DNA of 17,659 nucleotides from Thermoanaerobaculia bacterium (GTDB lineage Bacteria; Acidobacteriota; Thermoanaerobaculia; Multivoradales; UBA5704): NCBI GenBank assembly GCA_044226625.1, contig JBGAGQ010000092.1, positions 1 to 17,659 of the forward strand, read 5' to 3'. Shown piece by piece: positions 14,827 to 17,659 of this stretch (position 1 is its first letter; each line of letters starts with the position of its first letter). The notes under the pieces were generated by a model. It saw only the letters and a program-made list of their open reading frames with translations, ran no database searches and was not told where the DNA came from. The position numbers and the translations under genes were made by a program.

Positions 14827-15780
14827 ATGACCGCACCGCTCCTCGAAGCGCGCGACCTTTCGAAGTCCTACGGCGGCCGGCCGGCCGTCGCGGGGATCTC
14901 CATGGAGATCGCGCCGGGGGAGATCTTCGGCCTGCTCGGTCCGAACGGCGCCGGGAAGACCACGACGGTCTCGATGCTCTGCGGCCTGATGCCGCCGGAC
15001 TCTGGAAGCGTCCTCGTCGGCGGCCGGCCGATCGGCGGTGACGCCGACCCGGCGAAACGACAGATCGGCCTGGTGCCGCAGGAGCTCGCGCTCTACGACG
15101 AGCTCTCCGCGCTCGCGAACCTCCGCTTCTTCGGCGCGCTCTACGGGCTCTCGGGCTCGGCGCTCGAATCGGCGATCGGCGCCGCGCTCGAGCTGGTCGG
15201 CCTCTCCGACCGGGCGCGCGATCCGGTGAAGACGATGAGCGGCGGCATGAAACGGCGGCTGAACCTCGCGGGCGCGCTGCTCCACGACCCTGCCGTTCTC
15301 CTGCTCGACGAACCGACCGTCGGGGTCGATCCGCAGAGCCGCAACGCGATCTTCGACAACCTCGAGGAGCTGCGCGGGCGGGGCAAAGCGCTCCTCTACA
15401 CCACGCATTACATGGAGGAGGCCGAGCGCCTCTGCGACCGGATCGCGATCGTCGACAGCGGCCAGGTGATCGCCGAGGGGACGCTGCGCGAGCTGCTCAA
15501 GCTGCTGCCGGCGAGCAACCGGCTGCGCGTCGAGGTGGAAGGCGATCCCGACCTTCCGCTCGGCGAGCTCTACGCGTTGCCCGGGGTTGCCGAAGAGACC
15601 GATCCGCGGTTCGAGAACGGCCGGCTTTCGGTCGCCCTCGCGGACCTGTCGGAGGGGACCACGGCGATCCTCGAATGGCTCGCGGCCCACGAGGTGACGC
15701 CGGGGCACCTCGCGAGCGAGCGCGGCAACCTCGAAGCGGTCTTCCTGCACATGACCGGGCGGAGGCTGCGCGACGCATGA
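14827..15780 (+). CDS. ABC-2 type exporter ATP-binding subunit
   Basis: GPNGAGKTT, VPQE, MSGGMKRR, LLLDEPTVGVDPQSR, TTHYMEEAE. Confidence 0.95.
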   Translation: MTAPLLEARDLSKSYGGRPAVAGISMEIAPGEIFGLLGPNGAGKTTTVSMLCGLMPPDSGSVLVGGRPIGGDADPAKRQIGLVPQELALYDELSALANLRFFGALYGLSGSALESAIGAALELVGLSDRARDPVKTMSGGMKRRLNLAGALLHDPAVLLLDEPTVGVDPQSRNAIFDNLEELRGRGKALLYTTHYMEEAERLCDRIAIVDSGQVIAEGTLRELLKLLPASNRLRVEVEGDPDLPLGELYALPGVAEETDPRFENGRLSVALADLSEGTTAILEWLAAHEVTPGHLASERGNLEAVFLHMTGRRLRDA

Positions 15781-17108
15781 AGAACGGTCCGACCGGCAAC
15801 CTCGCCGCCCTGCTCGCGCTGATCCGCAAGGATCTGCAGATCTTCGTCCACGACCGGCGCGCGATGACGCTCACCTTCCTGGTGCCGATCGCGATCGCTT
15901 CGTTCTTCGGCTACCTGTTCGGCGGCAACGGCGACTCGAAGCGGGAGACCGGCAAGATCGAGGTGCGGGCGATCGACCAGGACGGCTCGCCGCTCTCTCG
16001 CGCGGTAATCGCGGGGATCGGGGGCGATCCCACCCTCGCGCTCCGGCCAGCGACGCTCGAAGAGGGACGCGAGGCGGTGAGGAAAGGGAAAGCCGCCGTC
16101 GCGATCGTCCTGCCGAAAGGATTCGGCGATGCCGCGGCGCGCAGCCTGTTCGATCCCAGCGCCAAGAAGCCGGTGGTCGGCCTGCTGCACGATCCCTCCC
16201 ACGTGGGCGAGCTCGCGATGGTGCGCGGGCTGCTCACCCAACATGCGATGGAAGCGGTAAGCGCCGAAGCGTTCGGAGGCTCGACCGGCGAGAGGATCCT
16301 GGGCGAACAGCTGCGCGAGCTGGAGGCCCCCGCCCAGGGGATGTCCTCAGGCGAGCAGGAGTCGCTGCGCGAGCTGCTCTCCGGCGCGCTCGACCTGAAC
16401 CGCCGCTCGCGCGAGCCGTCGGCGGAAGGCAAACCGAGCGGTGCTCGGCGAGGCCTCGGCATGCCGTTCGACGTCTCGGCTCAGGAGGTCACCGCTCGCG
16501 AAGGGGTGAAGTACAACGGCTACGCCCACTCCTTCGCCGGCATGGGCGTGCAGTTCGTGCTGTTCGCCGCGATCGATCTGGGGGTCGCGATCCTGCTCGA
16601 GCGCCAGAAAGGGATCTGGAAGCGCCTGCGCGGCGCGCCGGTCTCGCGCGGCATGCTGCTGCTCGGCAAGGCTCTCGCCTCCGCGATCCTCGGCCTGCTC
16701 ACTTTCGCGGTGATGTTCACGTTCGCCTTCGTCGTCTTCGGCGTGCGGATCTCGGGGAGTCTCCCCGGCTTCGTCGCGATCGCGGTCGCCTTCTCGCTCA
16801 TGGCCGCCGCGTTCGGACTCATGATCGCCGCGCTCGGCAAAACTCCGCAGGCCGCGCGCGGCATCTCCTCCCTCGCCGTGCTGCTGCTGGTAATGCTCGG
16901 CGGCGCCTGGGTCCCCTCCTTCGTCTTCCCCAAATGGCTTCAGACGGCGACCCTCGTCACACCGACCCGCTGGGCCGTGGATGGCTTCGACGCGATGACC
17001 TGGCGGGGTGTGGACTTTTCCGGATCCCTCGCGCCCACGGGCGTCCTGCTCCTCTCCGCCGCGGTATTCGGCGCGATCGCTTGGAGCCGGTTCCGGTGGG
17101 AGGAGTGA
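15777..17108 (+). CDS. ABC-2 type exporter permease
   Basis: ATGA overlap with the ATPase stop, LIRKDL...DR N-terminus, large extracytoplasmic loop, ERQKG..KRL..AP, multiple TM segments, LGGAWVP, PTRWA. Confidence 0.93.
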   Translation: MKNGPTGNLAALLALIRKDLQIFVHDRRAMTLTFLVPIAIASFFGYLFGGNGDSKRETGKIEVRAIDQDGSPLSRAVIAGIGGDPTLALRPATLEEGREAVRKGKAAVAIVLPKGFGDAAARSLFDPSAKKPVVGLLHDPSHVGELAMVRGLLTQHAMEAVSAEAFGGSTGERILGEQLRELEAPAQGMSSGEQESLRELLSGALDLNRRSREPSAEGKPSGARRGLGMPFDVSAQEVTAREGVKYNGYAHSFAGMGVQFVLFAAIDLGVAILLERQKGIWKRLRGAPVSRGMLLLGKALASAILGLLTFAVMFTFAFVVFGVRISGSLPGFVAIAVAFSLMAAAFGLMIAALGKTPQAARGISSLAVLLLVMLGGAWVPSFVFPKWLQTATLVTPTRWAVDGFDAMTWRGVDFSGSLAPTGVLLLSAAVFGAIAWSRFRWEE

Positions 17109-17205
17109 AGGCACGTGTCGCAGGCCAGGCTCGCCGAGCGACTTTCCTTCTCCTCTAGACTCAACTCCACGGCATAGCGAGGCCCTAGAGCCTCCGGGAG
17201 GGGAG

Positions 17206-17659
17206 ATGAGTCCGCAGGATCGAAACGGCCTGCCGCCAGGCCAACGAGCGATCGATGATTTTCCGCGGTTCGGTCTGAGCCAGTTCGCCTACCGATTTCC
17301 GCGCGAGGTGGATCGGATCCTCACGATTCAAGGCGATGTCGAGACGGAGATCGTCGTTTCGGGTGAGGATCTCGACACGCTGCCGCGGGTCGAGCAGACG
17401 TCGGACTTCCACTGCGTCACCACCTGGAGCAAACGGGCGCTTCGTTGGAGCGGCGTCCGCTTCGCGGACTTCTTCGAAGGGATTGTGCGCCCTCGGGCGC
17501 TCCCCGGGGCGGAGAGCACGTTCGTGATCCTGCGCGGCCAGGACGGCGCCTCGACGAGCTTGCCGCTCGCGGATTTGCTCGCTCCGAACGTCCTGCTCGC
17601 CGATCGGCTCGACGGCGAGCCGCTGTCGATCGCGCATGGCGCTCCGCTGCGCCTCGTCG
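17206..17659 (+). CDS. Molybdopterin-dependent oxidoreductase, sulfite oxidase/YuiH-like (partial; runs off window)
   Basis: Not in the ORF track. Manual translation gives MSPQDRNGLPPGQ...FPRFG...DFHCVTTWS...WSGVRF...DG.STSLPLADL...LLADRLDGEPLSIAHGAPLRLV. GGGAG-rich SD region upstream. Confidence 0.92.
   Translation, partial: MSPQDRNGLPPGQRAIDDFPRFGLSQFAYRFPREVDRILTIQGDVETEIVVSGEDLDTLPRVEQTSDFHCVTTWSKRALRWSGVRFADFFEGIVRPRALPGAESTFVILRGQDGASTSLPLADLLAPNVLLADRLDGEPLSIAHGAPLRLV

Noticed and set aside
17185-17637. Minus-strand 150-aa ORF at the window end
   Set aside because: It is antisense to the clear molybdopterin oxidoreductase gene starting at 17206.

Overview
High-GC bacterial chromosomal segment; its style suggests Acidobacteriota/Thermoanaerobaculia, but this is inference only. 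The core genes are a partial Cys-rich secreted protein, rph, an ABCB-type exporter, crcB/fluC, a redoxin-fold protein lacking the catalytic Cys, rseP, a secreted hypothetical, a membrane-anchored MutS-domain-V ATPase, a nitrilase, an ABC-2 exporter pair and a partial sulfite-oxidase-family molybdoenzyme. Six things stand out. (1) A non-coding array with an exact 20-bp period and invariant GTCCC core lies between the ABC exporter and crcB. (2) An AhpD/CMD-family gene is split in the ORF track by an in-frame TGA at the CxxC position and followed by a SECIS-like hairpin, so it is a probable CxxU selenoprotein. (3) A lower-GC islet appears to have overwritten the MutS-like gene's 3' end and carries an XRE-HTH remnant, a coupled DUF2188-like + Zn-finger/low-complexity/TIR gene pair and a Cys-rich lipoprotein. 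(4) A 'FGH...PIQR' effector-like protein has a His-containing C-terminal domain and an NLS-like tail. (5) An uncalled double-glycine, Cys/Thr-rich RiPP-precursor-like ORF is present. (6) Several genes show leaderless-promoter geometry. All family assignments come from motif recognition, not database searches.
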